Position numbers and translations under genes: made by a program
In this document: piece by piece, positions 1 through 9,806 of the stretch
How positions within the stretch are numbered: position 1 is the stretch's first letter
How the letters are laid out: each line of letters begins with the position of its first letter
Notes under the pieces: generated by a model
Databases searched by the model: none
What the model saw: the letters and a program-made list of their open reading frames with translations, nothing else
What the model was told of the DNA's origin: nothing
Source of the DNA: an uncultured Bifidobacterium sp.
GTDB lineage: Bacteria; Bacteroidota; Bacteroidia; UKL13-3
Reading direction: 5' to 3'
NCBI GenBank assembly: GCA_964442045.1
Contig: CAYTWI010000002.1
Span: 26,509 to 90,508 of the forward strand
DNA: 64,000 nt

Positions 1-375
1 GGTACCAATACGCGGAATAAATAAACCCGTAACCAAATACATATTACGGTTAAGGTTTGCTTTAAGGAAAAACTGCTCTAACGATATTTCGCCAGATGTA
101 CCGTTAGCTACTTTGGCATTTTCCAACTCTGTCTCGCTAAAAAAGCCAAATACATCGTTAAATTTGTGACCAAAAAATATAACGTTTCTGGTAATGTTGG
201 CTTCGCCTGTACCAAAACGTAAATCGTATGCTACTTTGGCTTGTCCGTAACCCGAAATAACGGTAGGATTGTTACCGGGAGTCAGCCCTGCATTCAATGA
301 ATCTTCTTTAGTAATTATTTGAGCATTAACCATTAAACAGCTAATTGATGCTATAATTAGTAGTATTTTTTTCAT
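1..375 (-). CDS. Outer-membrane beta-barrel/porin-like protein, N-terminal part (runs off window edge)
   Basis: Manual translation from ATG at 375: MKKILLIIASISCLMVNAQ signal peptide, then ISGYGQAKV...RNVIFFGHKF...FFSETELENAKV...GEISLEQ...GLFIPRIG; open to position 1; resembles a Bacteroidota porin-like family. Confidence 0.6.
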   Translation of the reverse strand, partial: MKKILLIIASISCLMVNAQIITKEDSLNAGLTPGNNPTVISGYGQAKVAYDLRFGTGEANITRNVIFFGHKFNDVFGFFSETELENAKVANGTSGEISLEQFFLKANLNRNMYLVTGLFIPRIGT

Positions 376-388
376 GCTGCAAATATGT

Positions 389-411
389 TTATTTTTAATT
401 AGTCTAAATAA
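389..411. promoter_or_regulatory. Putative Fur-like/iron-responsive operator (imperfect 9-5-9 inverted repeat)
   Basis: TTATTTTTA-ATTAG-TCTAAATAA, 14 bp upstream of the ATG at 375; its reverse complement matches the site upstream of sufB at 18/23 positions. Confidence 0.4.
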
Positions 412-544
412 GAATAATACTAATATTTGTCAGAAAAATAACTGATGCTGCTCTGATTAATGGGAAAAGAATTGATTTTAAATGTGATACCTGTGCCCCT
501 AAACGCAACGGTAACAATAATTTAATGTAATTGCCCGCCTTTTG

Positions 545-904
545 CTAAGAATGATATACCCTCGAAGCTATTATTTTACTCTCTTTAATGACTAATACTT
601 CCCCTACTCTCAAATCTTCTTCACCGGGTGTTTGGCGAATGTATTCCATAAAAACCTGCTCATCATCGGCAGTTAGTTTTATAACGTGGTAATACAATTC
701 AGGAAGTCGCTCAAAAGCATCGGTCCACCATGCACGGAGGGCTTCTTTACCTTTTATCAAACCATTGGTTTCAGGCTGACGCACTTTCAGTTTAGGGCTG
801 TAATGCTCAGCTTCGTCACTATACAAGGCTAATAGCGACTCTATATTGTGGGTATTGAATGCGGCAAACCAAGCCAGGGCAATTTCTTTTAAATCAACAG
901 TCAT
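545..904 (-). CDS. SnoaL-like / NTF2-family protein
   Basis: WFAAFNTHNIESLLALYSDEAEHYSP...GKEALRAWW pattern typical of SnoaL-like proteins, 119 aa. Confidence 0.8.
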   Translation of the reverse strand: MTVDLKEIALAWFAAFNTHNIESLLALYSDEAEHYSPKLKVRQPETNGLIKGKEALRAWWTDAFERLPELYYHVIKLTADDEQVFMEYIRQTPGEEDLRVGEVLVIKESKIIASRVYHS

Positions 905-935
905 GTTGTATGTTTTTTGTATAAATGATTCAACA

Positions 936-961
936 AAAAAGGCACGGTAACGTGCCTTTTT
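936..961 (-). terminator. Intrinsic terminator after gldC
   Basis: AAAAAGGCACG-GTAA-CGTGCCTTTTT hairpin with A/T tails. Confidence 0.7.
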
Positions 962-969
962 ATTTTGTA

Positions 970-1314
970 TTAATGTTGGTGATCAGGGCCAAAAATATCT
1001 GTTTTATGACCAAAATGATGTGCAAATTCTCTTATTTCATCTGCTATTTCTTTGTTGTTGGTAGCACGCTCATAAGTATCGCCTAAGGTAGCAAGGGTTT
1101 GAAACATAAATAAATTCATTTCATCAACCTGCATTTCATTGGTCCAAAGGTCAATACGCATAGCATTTTGCTGCAAGCCATCAAATAAGGAAAGCAATAC
1201 GGCTTTGGCTGGTTGTTGCCCGTCAAAATCCGCATCATCTGCATCCCATTTAATCATGGTAGGCATGTTTTCAGCATCTATTTCTACATCTATTCTAATT
1301 TGCGATTTTTTCAT
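970..1314 (-). CDS. gldC: Gliding motility protein GldC
   Basis: IRIDVEIDAENMP..IKW...KAVLLSLFD...MRIDLWT.EMQVDEM..F.FQTL matches the GldC pattern. Confidence 0.85.
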   Translation of the reverse strand: MKKSQIRIDVEIDAENMPTMIKWDADDADFDGQQPAKAVLLSLFDGLQQNAMRIDLWTNEMQVDEMNLFMFQTLATLGDTYERATNNKEIADEIREFAHHFGHKTDIFGPDHQH

Positions 1315-1403
1315 TTTCTATAGTTAATATGTTGATTGGTTAATAGGGTTTATTTGGTAGTTGACTTATACATCATAAATCATCATTCAAAAATCAGAAA
1401 TCT

Positions 1404-2765
1404 TTAGCTTATGGCTTCTATCAAATCCTGCTTGGTAATAATATGCACCTGATTCATTAAATCTTTAACCAATACGGCTGCATTGTCTTTGGTAATCATA
1501 CGCGATACATCTTCCATGCTGCTTTGCGGGTTTACAAACGGGAATGGTGCACTCATTACTTCACTCACAAGCTTTTGTTTCAGCTCATGGTTTTCTAACA
1601 ACATGCTAAATAACGCTGCATCGTTTAACGAACCTACAAACTCACCTTCTTCGTTGGTTACCGGTAATTGTGAAATAAAGAATTTCTTCATGGTTTGCAC
1701 AGCAGTACCTACGGTATCGGTTGTTTTAGCCGTAATTAATTTCTGGTGTTTATGAGAATCAATTAAATTGATGGCTTTGGTTTGCTCGCTTAATAAAAAC
1801 CCTCTGTCACGCATCCAATCATCATTAAACATTTTACCTAAATAACGGGTTCCGTGGTCATGAAAAATAACCACTACCACATCGTCTTTGGTAAACATAT
1901 CCTTCATTTGTAATATACCTGCCAAAGCTGAGCCTGCCGAATTACCAACAAAAATTCCTTCTTCGCGCGGAATCCTGCGGGTCATCATAGCTGCATCTTT
2001 ATCGGTTACTTTCTCAAAATGATCAATTAAATCGAAATTTACATTGGCCGGTAAAAAGTCTTCCCCAATACCTTCAGTTATGTATGGGTAAATTTCATTC
2101 TTATCAAAAATGCCTGTTTCTTTATATTTCTTAAATACCGAACCATAGGTATCTATACCTAATACTTTAATATTCGGGTTTTGTTCTTTTAAATATTTAC
2201 CTGTTCCACAAATGGTTCCACCTGTTCCCACACCTACTACTAAATGGGTAACTTTACCTTCGGTTTGCGCCCAAATTTCAGGTCCTGTTTGTTCGTAATG
2301 AGCCAGTGAGTTGGAAAGGTTGTCGTATTGGTTAGGTTTCCATGAATTAGGAACTTCATTAATCAACCTGCTCGACACCGAGTAATAAGAACGAGGGTCT
2401 TCCGGTTCTACATCGGTCGGACAAACAATCACTTCTGCACCAAATGCTTTTAAAGCATCTACTTTTTCTTTGCTTTGTTTATCAGTTGTAGTAAAAATAC
2501 ATTTATACCCTTTTATAACGGCAGCTATGGCTAAACCCATACCTGTATTTCCACTGGTTCCTTCAATAATAGTTCCGCCCGGTTTTAAACGACCATCGCG
2601 TTCGGCATCTTCTATCATTTTCAATGCCATTCTATCTTTTATACTGTTTCCCGGATTACTGGTTTCTATTTTGGCTAATACCGTGCAAGGAAGGTCTTTT
2701 ACTATATTATTTAGCTTTACCAAAGGCGTATTACCAATGGTTTCTAAAACATTGTTTTTCCACAT
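1404..2765 (-). CDS. Cystathionine beta-synthase / cysteine synthase with C-terminal CBS domains
   Basis: PLP motif NPGNSIKDRMA, GTSGNTG, GVGTGGT, EGIGEDF, C-terminal CBS pair; start placed at ATG 2765 (MWKNN), not the ORF-track 2840. Confidence 0.9.
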   Translation of the reverse strand: MWKNNVLETIGNTPLVKLNNIVKDLPCTVLAKIETSNPGNSIKDRMALKMIEDAERDGRLKPGGTIIEGTSGNTGMGLAIAAVIKGYKCIFTTTDKQSKEKVDALKAFGAEVIVCPTDVEPEDPRSYYSVSSRLINEVPNSWKPNQYDNLSNSLAHYEQTGPEIWAQTEGKVTHLVVGVGTGGTICGTGKYLKEQNPNIKVLGIDTYGSVFKKYKETGIFDKNEIYPYITEGIGEDFLPANVNFDLIDHFEKVTDKDAAMMTRRIPREEGIFVGNSAGSALAGILQMKDMFTKDDVVVVIFHDHGTRYLGKMFNDDWMRDRGFLLSEQTKAINLIDSHKHQKLITAKTTDTVGTAVQTMKKFFISQLPVTNEEGEFVGSLNDAALFSMLLENHELKQKLVSEVMSAPFPFVNPQSSMEDVSRMITKDNAAVLVKDLMNQVHIITKQDLIEAIS

Positions 2766-2821
2766 GGCGGCAAACTTAGCAATACTATACTTGAATACAA
2801 AACAATTTGTTTGGTGGGTAT

Positions 2822-2849
2822 GTAAAGACGTTGCATGCAACGTCTCTAC
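2822..2849. repeat. REP-like palindrome, copy 1
   Basis: GTAAAGACGTTGCATGCAACGTCTCTAC with a perfect 20-bp core palindrome; GTAG tetranucleotide on the minus strand; near-identical copy at 46109-46136. Confidence 0.7.
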
Positions 2850-2863
2850 GCGTCAGAATATTA

Positions 2864-4276
2864 TTATCCCAATTTAGGCTCTACCAATATTATTTCTTCT
2901 TTCTCTACAAACACCTGCCCTGGCTCGGCACCTTTGGGTTTGCGTACAAATTTTTTGGGTGTATAAATAACAGGTACCATAGCACTTCCTTTCGATTTGC
3001 TGTAATAGGCCGCAATCTGTGCTGCATAGGTAATTACATCGGTAGTAAAGTTATTTTTGTTTTGATGCTTAATAACTACATGGCTGCCGCTTACACCTTT
3101 GGCATGTAACCATAAATCGTTTTTATGCGCAATTTTTAAAGTCAATTCATCGTTATTGGCTGCACTTTTCCCTACCAGTATTTTAAAGCCTTTATAAGTA
3201 AATACCCTGTATTGCTCCCGTTGTTCCAGTTTGCTTTTTTGTTTACCGGCCGGCAATTCAAATGCTTTTAAATCGCGCATGGTTTGGGCGGCTAATACAA
3301 TGGCTAATTTCTCTTCGTTGACTTGTACTTTTTCCTGTGCTTGCTTTATTTTATTGGCTAATAATTGCTCTTCGTTTTTCTGGTTGCGGGCTTTTTTATA
3401 ATAATACTGCGCATTCTCTTGCGGATTTAAATGGGTCTTCAGTTTAATTTGAATAGGCTCATTGGTGTAAAAATCCAAGGTATTTAAATGCTCTTCTCCT
3501 TTACGCATGGTATGCAAATTAGCCATGATAATATGACCCAATTCTTCATTGCGTGCATTGCTTTGCAAGTACTGTAATGCTTGAGTCGCATTTTGCGCAA
3601 CAGGCCGCCAACGCTTTAACTCCCCTTCGCATTGTTGTTTTAGCTGATCGCGCTTTTGGGTAAAAAACCACTTGCCTAAATATTGCCGGCTAAACTCATT
3701 GTACGTTTCTAAAAGACTCTCTGAACTAAACAAAACAGGTTTATCGGCTATTTCATTTTGTAAAACAGGAAACCCTTTTTCGTCCTGTACAATATAAAAT
3801 TGCGGTGACAAGGCTGGCTGATATGCTGCATTTTCTAATGCGGTAAATTGAGCAAGAGTAGCTTGTTTATCACTTTCAATTTGTGGCCTGAATAAGTCTG
3901 CCATTTGCTCACCCTCAAAAAGCAATACATTGGCTAAAGAGCCATATAATTTAAATACAAGACTTTGATTGTTTTTAAACACCATACGAAATGAGCGTTC
4001 ATTTTCATGTAAATGAATACCTGCTACCGGTGCCTGCTTTAAACTTTCAAATAAAATATAGGTAGAACCTTTGCGCTCCATCGGGTAATCGTAAAACTGA
4101 ACAAAAAAGGTACGCGCTTCAATCATCAGTTTTATACTTAACCATTGGTCTATTTGGTTAAACACTAAAACCAACTCATTCTTATTCACGCTGAAAGCGT
4201 CATAAAACAAATAACCTTGCAAATGTTTTTGCAAGGTTAATCCTAATTGGTGTATCAGTGGGTGTTTATGATGCAA
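2864..4276 (-). CDS. NFACT (Rqc2/RqcH, FbpA-like) family protein
   Basis: LNPQENAQYYYKKARN and C-terminal NFACT-R motif VGKSAANNDELT...DLWLHAKGVSGSHV...AAYYSK. Confidence 0.85.
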   Translation of the reverse strand: MHHKHPLIHQLGLTLQKHLQGYLFYDAFSVNKNELVLVFNQIDQWLSIKLMIEARTFFVQFYDYPMERKGSTYILFESLKQAPVAGIHLHENERSFRMVFKNNQSLVFKLYGSLANVLLFEGEQMADLFRPQIESDKQATLAQFTALENAAYQPALSPQFYIVQDEKGFPVLQNEIADKPVLFSSESLLETYNEFSRQYLGKWFFTQKRDQLKQQCEGELKRWRPVAQNATQALQYLQSNARNEELGHIIMANLHTMRKGEEHLNTLDFYTNEPIQIKLKTHLNPQENAQYYYKKARNQKNEEQLLANKIKQAQEKVQVNEEKLAIVLAAQTMRDLKAFELPAGKQKSKLEQREQYRVFTYKGFKILVGKSAANNDELTLKIAHKNDLWLHAKGVSGSHVVIKHQNKNNFTTDVITYAAQIAAYYSKSKGSAMVPVIYTPKKFVRKPKGAEPGQVFVEKEEIILVEPKLG

Positions 4277-4364
4277 TGTGATATTAGTTTATGAGTCGAT
4301 AAATATATTAATTTAGCTTTTTGATGTTCGAAAATCAAAAATCACACATCAAAAATCAAAAAAT

Positions 4365-5891
4365 CTACTCCCATTCAATGGTAGCCGGTGGCTTACTGCT
4401 AATATCATATACTACGCGGTTAATGCCTTTTACTTCATTGATAATACGGTTTGATACATGGGCTAAAAACTCATGTGGCAAATGGCAAAAATCAGCAGTC
4501 ATTCCATCCACCGAAGTAACGGCTCTTAAGCAAACGGCATTTTCGTAAGTGCGCTCATCGCCCATAACGCCTACCGATTGTACAGGTAGGAATATAACAC
4601 CAGCCTGCCATACATTTTTGTATTGGTCTTTGCTTTTCAGTTCGCTTATAAATATATGGTCAGCCTCTTGTAATATAGCTACTTTTTCAGGAGTAATGTC
4701 GCCCAATATTCTAATAGCCAAACCAGGTCCGGGGAAAGGATGACGGTTCAATATAATATCGGCTATACCTAATTCCCTGCCTACTTTCCTTACTTCGTCT
4801 TTAAACAAAGTACGCAAAGGCTCTATTACTTTCAGGTTCATTTTTTCAGGTAATCCACCTACGTTGTGGTGCGACTTAATAGTAGCCGAAGGGCCTTTAA
4901 CGCTTACACTTTCTATTACATCGGGGTAAATAGTACCTTGTGCTAACCATCTTACACCTTCAATCTTCTTAGCTTCGTCATCAAATACTTCAATAAAAAC
5001 ACGGCCAATGGTTTTGCGTTTTTGCTCCGGGTCTGATATGCCTTTCAGTTCACTTAAAAATCTTTCACCAGCATCAACACCAATTACGTTTAAGCCCATG
5101 CCTTTGTAAGCTTCCAATACTTGTTCGTATTCGCCTTTGCGTAAAAGTCCGTTGTTTATAAATATACCTGTTAAATGATTGCCTATGGTATTTTTAAGCA
5201 ATACAGCCGCTACACTACTATCCACACCACCACTTAAACCCAATATTACTTTATCATCACCAATTTTTGCTTTCATTTCTGCTGTAATATTGGTAATAAA
5301 ATGGCTTGGTGTCCAGTCCTGATTTAGTTTGGCTACATGTTTTACAAAATTCTCCAACATCATTAAACCATCGGTACTGTGTGTAACTTCCGGATGGAAC
5401 TGGAATGCGTAAGTAGGCTCTCCTTCTATTTTAAAAGCCGCTACTTTCACCGCATCTGTGCTGGCTATTATTTTAAAATTATCAGGAACACTTTGTATGG
5501 TATCGCCATGGCTCATCCATACTTGTGTGTTTTTTTCAATGCCGGTAAATAATACATCATCCGACAAGTAACTTAAATTAGCACGGCCATATTCTCTTAT
5601 TTTTGATGGAACTACAAAACCGCCATTTTGCTGAGCCATTAACTGTGCACCGTAGCATAAACCCAATATAGGTAATTTACCGCGCCAGGCACTCATATCC
5701 ACGTTAGGCAATAAGCCATCGTTTACTGAATAAGGGCTTCCGCTCAATATAATGGCTTTGGTAGCCTCGTCAATAACTGGTAAATGGGTGCAAGGATGTA
5801 TTTCGGAATACACATTTAACTCGCGCAACCTACGAGCAATTAACTGTGTGTACTGACTCCCAAAATCGATTATTAATATTTTTTGTTCCAT
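4365..5891 (-). CDS. guaA: GMP synthase (glutamine-hydrolysing)
   Basis: [58 protein letters not shown]. Confidence 0.98.
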   Translation of the reverse strand: MEQKILIIDFGSQYTQLIARRLRELNVYSEIHPCTHLPVIDEATKAIILSGSPYSVNDGLLPNVDMSAWRGKLPILGLCYGAQLMAQQNGGFVVPSKIREYGRANLSYLSDDVLFTGIEKNTQVWMSHGDTIQSVPDNFKIIASTDAVKVAAFKIEGEPTYAFQFHPEVTHSTDGLMMLENFVKHVAKLNQDWTPSHFITNITAEMKAKIGDDKVILGLSGGVDSSVAAVLLKNTIGNHLTGIFINNGLLRKGEYEQVLEAYKGMGLNVIGVDAGERFLSELKGISDPEQKRKTIGRVFIEVFDDEAKKIEGVRWLAQGTIYPDVIESVSVKGPSATIKSHHNVGGLPEKMNLKVIEPLRTLFKDEVRKVGRELGIADIILNRHPFPGPGLAIRILGDITPEKVAILQEADHIFISELKSKDQYKNVWQAGVIFLPVQSVGVMGDERTYENAVCLRAVTSVDGMTADFCHLPHEFLAHVSNRIINEVKGINRVVYDISSKPPATIEWE

Positions 5892-5969
5892 GATTTTGGG
5901 GCACGAAAGTGCGTTTTTTTTCTGATGTTTAAAAGGAGAAAGATGATTTTTTAAACAGCTAATAAAAAA

Positions 5970-7271
5970 TCAAAACAACACAAGCGTACTACCTATTTCA
6001 TCTCTCAGTTCTGGCGAAACATTGACTGCATCGGCAAAACTTTTCCATTCGCTCACTATTTCACTTATTTCTTTAATGGTTGCCAAAGCTTTTTTATTGT
6101 TTGTGGATTTACCAATAATCAGTAAATCTTCCTTCGTTATATCTTTTCTCTTGCCATTAATACTCAGTGCATGCTGGCTCACCCATTGGTGGTCCGGTTT
6201 ATAGGCATGGCAAATATCGTAAGCGGGAGCCAGTTCCCATTTACCTCCTTTTTTCAACCTGAACGAAAAATTTTTGGTATGGTCATCACAGTTTCGGGCA
6301 ACTACATTAAATACCATCCGCCTGAATAGTTGTTCTGCATCAGGGTAAGGCAACTTCAGTTCGCGCATGGTTTGAAACAATTGCTCATAACTAAAGCTTG
6401 TTACTTCATTGTAGTCAAAATGCTTTAGGCCGCAAAAAGTTTGTATGTGGTGTTTTATATCGCCACCTTCCCTGTCGAAACGTTTGGTCATAAAATGTGC
6501 CCGGCCATTTTCCTCCAACATTTTAGAGGGCATCATGTCTATACCACATGCCTTGGCCATATTGTAATAAGCCATCTCTACCCTGCCATAACCTTTACTA
6601 TTACCCAACTGCACATCGCTCACACCATCCAATTTTATTAACCAATGCTCAAATCCCTGAGGTGAATTGGTTTGTCCAGATTTTACTTCGCCCGTTTTTT
6701 CATTGTATGCAATAACGGCTTTAGGCCTTGCCCCACCTGCCGATGTGCCAATTTTTAATATTTCCATCACCGCATTTTCTTCCTCCTTTTGCAGGTTGGT
6801 TACAAAAGCTTCTTTTTTCCAAAGCATTTTTTGCGCAATGTCTACCAGGCTTTCTATTTCAATACCAAAGGTCCGCTTGTTTTCTTTGAATGTAGTAGGT
6901 TCAAATTCCAGCGCTCCCATTCCCCTTGTTCCAATAAAACAAAGCATCTCTACCGGATTCATGCTGTCTTGCGGACGGCCTTGCTGTGCCAGCCACATAT
7001 TAATTAACTGGCTTCCATATCTGTCAGGCAAAACATCAGCGAGTAAACCAGGAAGCCCTTTAAAAGTATCGTGGTCAGCATTTTTTCCTTTTCGTAATTC
7101 AGGAAACCTTATTTCTTTACGGGTATCGGTAATAGGCATTTTTAAGGGTGATAAATCCCAGCCCAACCTTTTAAACCGTGTATCATACTCAAACCCGGCA
7201 ATACCTGTAGCTTCGTTCCAGGCTACAGCACCAACCAATTCTCCCCATATTTTTACAAATGCAGTATTCAT
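5970..7271 (-). CDS. hipA: HipA-family Ser/Thr kinase toxin (type II TA)
   Basis: Coupling domain (VKIWGELVGAV, LPGLLADVLPDRYG), GTSAGGARPKA loop, DDHTKNFS catalytic motif, LAPAYD. Confidence 0.92.
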   Translation of the reverse strand: MNTAFVKIWGELVGAVAWNEATGIAGFEYDTRFKRLGWDLSPLKMPITDTRKEIRFPELRKGKNADHDTFKGLPGLLADVLPDRYGSQLINMWLAQQGRPQDSMNPVEMLCFIGTRGMGALEFEPTTFKENKRTFGIEIESLVDIAQKMLWKKEAFVTNLQKEEENAVMEILKIGTSAGGARPKAVIAYNEKTGEVKSGQTNSPQGFEHWLIKLDGVSDVQLGNSKGYGRVEMAYYNMAKACGIDMMPSKMLEENGRAHFMTKRFDREGGDIKHHIQTFCGLKHFDYNEVTSFSYEQLFQTMRELKLPYPDAEQLFRRMVFNVVARNCDDHTKNFSFRLKKGGKWELAPAYDICHAYKPDHQWVSQHALSINGKRKDITKEDLLIIGKSTNNKKALATIKEISEIVSEWKSFADAVNVSPELRDEIGSTLVLF

Positions 7272-7273
7272 AA

Positions 7274-7621
7274 TTACCAGTCGCTTTTGTTATCAGTATC
7301 CTTTTTAGTACCTCTTACCCTTTGCCTTTTGTCTTGCTCCAGTTTGGCTAATTCTAAGGGGCTGGGCGTTTTATCTATTTTGAATAAATCCATAACAGAT
7401 AATAAATCCAATGCCCGTAATACCTGTATAAAAGTATTTAAAGCCACAACACCACCGCGTTCCAATAAGCTGAGTGTAGAACGGCTAATACCGGCTGCTC
7501 GCGCCAGCTCGTCTTGTGTTTTGTGTTGTTCTATTCTATGTTGTTTTATATAAGCTCCGATTACCTCTGCAATACCTCGGTCACTCATGGCATTCCAGTT
7601 TGTGTATGATTTATCAGTCAT
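7274..7621 (-). CDS. XRE/HipB-like HTH antitoxin
   Basis: HKTQDELARAAGISRSTLSLLERG HTH; ends 2 bp before the hipA start. Confidence 0.85.
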   Translation of the reverse strand: MTDKSYTNWNAMSDRGIAEVIGAYIKQHRIEQHKTQDELARAAGISRSTLSLLERGGVVALNTFIQVLRALDLLSVMDLFKIDKTPSPLELAKLEQDKRQRVRGTKKDTDNKSDW

Positions 7622-7731
7622 AAAGTATCATATTTAGCTATAATGCATGATATGTCATACAAATATGATACTTTATTTATGAAATAAAAATAATAGCTAT
7701 CAAAAATTACAATTTATGTATGATATATCAT
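7621..7731. promoter_or_regulatory. Putative autoregulatory operators of the hipBA-like operon
   Basis: 15-bp perfect inverted repeat TAAAGTATCATATTT (7621-7635) / AAATATGATACTTTA (7661-7675) and 12-bp palindrome ATGATATATCAT (7720-7731), sharing TATCAT/ATGATA half-sites. Confidence 0.5.
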
Positions 7732-7895
7732 TCACAAAGCATATTATTTTGAGCTAATGAATGACTTACCATACATTAACTATATTTAACATCCGTATAA
7801 TTGCTGTTTATTATTCGCCAAAATTACAAGTAACTGACAACCATCAACCAATAACTAACACCTAAAAATATCACTGAAAATATTATTTTGCGCCC

Positions 7896-9143
7896 ATGGC
7901 AATAATAAAACCCTTTGCAGCATTGCGCCCTGCCAGAGACAAGGCAGCCCAAGTATCGGCCCCAAGTTACGACAGTAGTTTACGTGAATTATCAACCCAC
8001 GAAATTATGCGCAACCCATATAGCTACTTGCATGTGGTAAAGCCGTATTTGCATTTTAAAGGGGAAAAGAAAAACCCTGAAAAGCACTTTCCTCTGGGTT
8101 TGGATTATTTAAATAAATTTAAGGCTGAGCAGGTTTTGGTTAAAGATAACCAAGCCAATTATTATGTTTATCGTCTGATTAAAGGAAGTGTTGCTTACAC
8201 TACTTTAATTGCCGCTGCCTCGGTTGACGATTATAATAACAATGTAATTTTAAAGCATGAAAATACCTTAACCGAAAAGCAAAATGAACTGGCTGAACAT
8301 ATTGCTTTTTTCAGTGGTTTGGGTAATCCGGTATTGCTTACTTACCCTGATAACAATACTATTGAAGAAATAATTAATAAGGTAATTACGCACCACGCTC
8401 CGGATTATAACTTTATAAGCCAGGATCAGATAAAACACAATTTATGGCCTATTCACCATGCGGATGATGTAGCTGCCATTGAAGCTGCTTTTGCAGACAT
8501 TGACAAATTATATATTGCAGACGGACATCACCGCAGTGCAGGTTCAGCCGCTTATTGCGAAACCATGCGCCAGCAAGCGGGCAATTATACAGGAAAGGAG
8601 TTGTTTAACTTTTTTCCTGTTTGTTTAATTCCTTTTAACAAGCTGCATATTTTTGAATACCACCGTTTGGTGAAGGATGAGTTAATAGTAAATGGCGAAG
8701 ATTTTTTAAATAAAGTAAGCCAATACTTTAACATTATACCCAGCGGGCATGTACCGGTACAGCCTTTGGTAAAACGTGAGTTTGGTATATACTTTAATAA
8801 TGATGCCTATGTGCTTACGTTAAAACCTGCCTACGAAAAAGAACTGACAGGTACTTTAGCACAATTGGATGTAAGTATTGTGGAAGAATTTATATTGAAA
8901 CGTTTATTTAATATTCACGACAGCAAAACAGATAAACGTTTGAGTTTTTTAGATGGAAGCCGCGGCTTATTAACGCTTCAAAACTCGGTAGATAGTGGCG
9001 ATTTTGACCTGGCTATTACTTTGTACCCAACCAGTATTGAAGAAGTAAAACAAATAGCTGATGAAAACTTGATTATGCCACCTAAATCAACCTGGATTGA
9101 ACCAAAAATAAGAACGGGTTTAATTATTTACGAAACGGTTTAA
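7896..9143 (+). CDS. DUF1015 family protein
   Basis: IKPFAALRP, ILKHENTL, YIADGHHRSA, MPPKSTWIEPK. Confidence 0.88.
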   Translation: MAIIKPFAALRPARDKAAQVSAPSYDSSLRELSTHEIMRNPYSYLHVVKPYLHFKGEKKNPEKHFPLGLDYLNKFKAEQVLVKDNQANYYVYRLIKGSVAYTTLIAAASVDDYNNNVILKHENTLTEKQNELAEHIAFFSGLGNPVLLTYPDNNTIEEIINKVITHHAPDYNFISQDQIKHNLWPIHHADDVAAIEAAFADIDKLYIADGHHRSAGSAAYCETMRQQAGNYTGKELFNFFPVCLIPFNKLHIFEYHRLVKDELIVNGEDFLNKVSQYFNIIPSGHVPVQPLVKREFGIYFNNDAYVLTLKPAYEKELTGTLAQLDVSIVEEFILKRLFNIHDSKTDKRLSFLDGSRGLLTLQNSVDSGDFDLAITLYPTSIEEVKQIADENLIMPPKSTWIEPKIRTGLIIYETV

Positions 9144-9164
9144 GACTGTTGAGTAAATACTTTA

Positions 9165-9761
9165 TTAAAATCCGTAAGCCAAAGAAAGACCCAAACGTAA
9201 ATCAAATTCAGATACATTTTCAAAACGGCTTTCCAAAGCACCTCTTTTAAAATGTATGGGATAAAAACCTGCACCCGCAAATAGATTAAAACCTATACCC
9301 CATTTGCTTATTTTTTGGTAACCTATCTTAGCACCTACACCTATTTGGTTATGGTACTCATCTGCTTGGCCTAAATAAATGGAATTGCTTCCATTATTGG
9401 GGTCTATTTTATAATATACATTGTTTAAATAACTTATATTTCTATATTTTAAATAAGGCGCTAAGTAAAAACCTTTATTAGTTTGGCTAATATATTTATT
9501 TACATCAATGGTAACACCCGCCCAAGTTGAGTTTTTACTGTTGAATATGGGCTTATTTTCAAAATAATTAACACCTAAGCCAATAGTCCATTTTTCGCTA
9601 ACGGCTCTCTCATAAAATACATTGAAAGAGGTAAACAAAACAGGTAATAAATTAACTGAGACTACCTGTGTTATATTTTTGTTTTGAGTAGTCTGGGCGT
9701 TGGGCTCATAACCCAAAGACAGGCTAAGTAATAATAAAAAGGCAATTTTATGATGCATCAT
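9165..9761 (-). CDS. Outer-membrane beta-barrel protein (DUF3575-like)
   Basis: Signal peptide, amphipathic strands, C-terminal LGLSLAYGF. Confidence 0.55.
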   Translation of the reverse strand: MMHHKIAFLLLLSLSLGYEPNAQTTQNKNITQVVSVNLLPVLFTSFNVFYERAVSEKWTIGLGVNYFENKPIFNSKNSTWAGVTIDVNKYISQTNKGFYLAPYLKYRNISYLNNVYYKIDPNNGSNSIYLGQADEYHNQIGVGAKIGYQKISKWGIGFNLFAGAGFYPIHFKRGALESRFENVSEFDLRLGLSLAYGF

Positions 9762-9806
9762 TTAGACAGGTAAAATGTGATTGATTGACTAAAAATAAAG
9801 CCACTA

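Noticed and set aside
2766-2840. ORF-track N-terminal extension of the CBS gene (similarly for coaE, Leu dehydrogenase and psd)
   Set aside because: The extension runs into the REP-like palindrome and non-conserved sequence; the downstream ATG fits the family N-terminus
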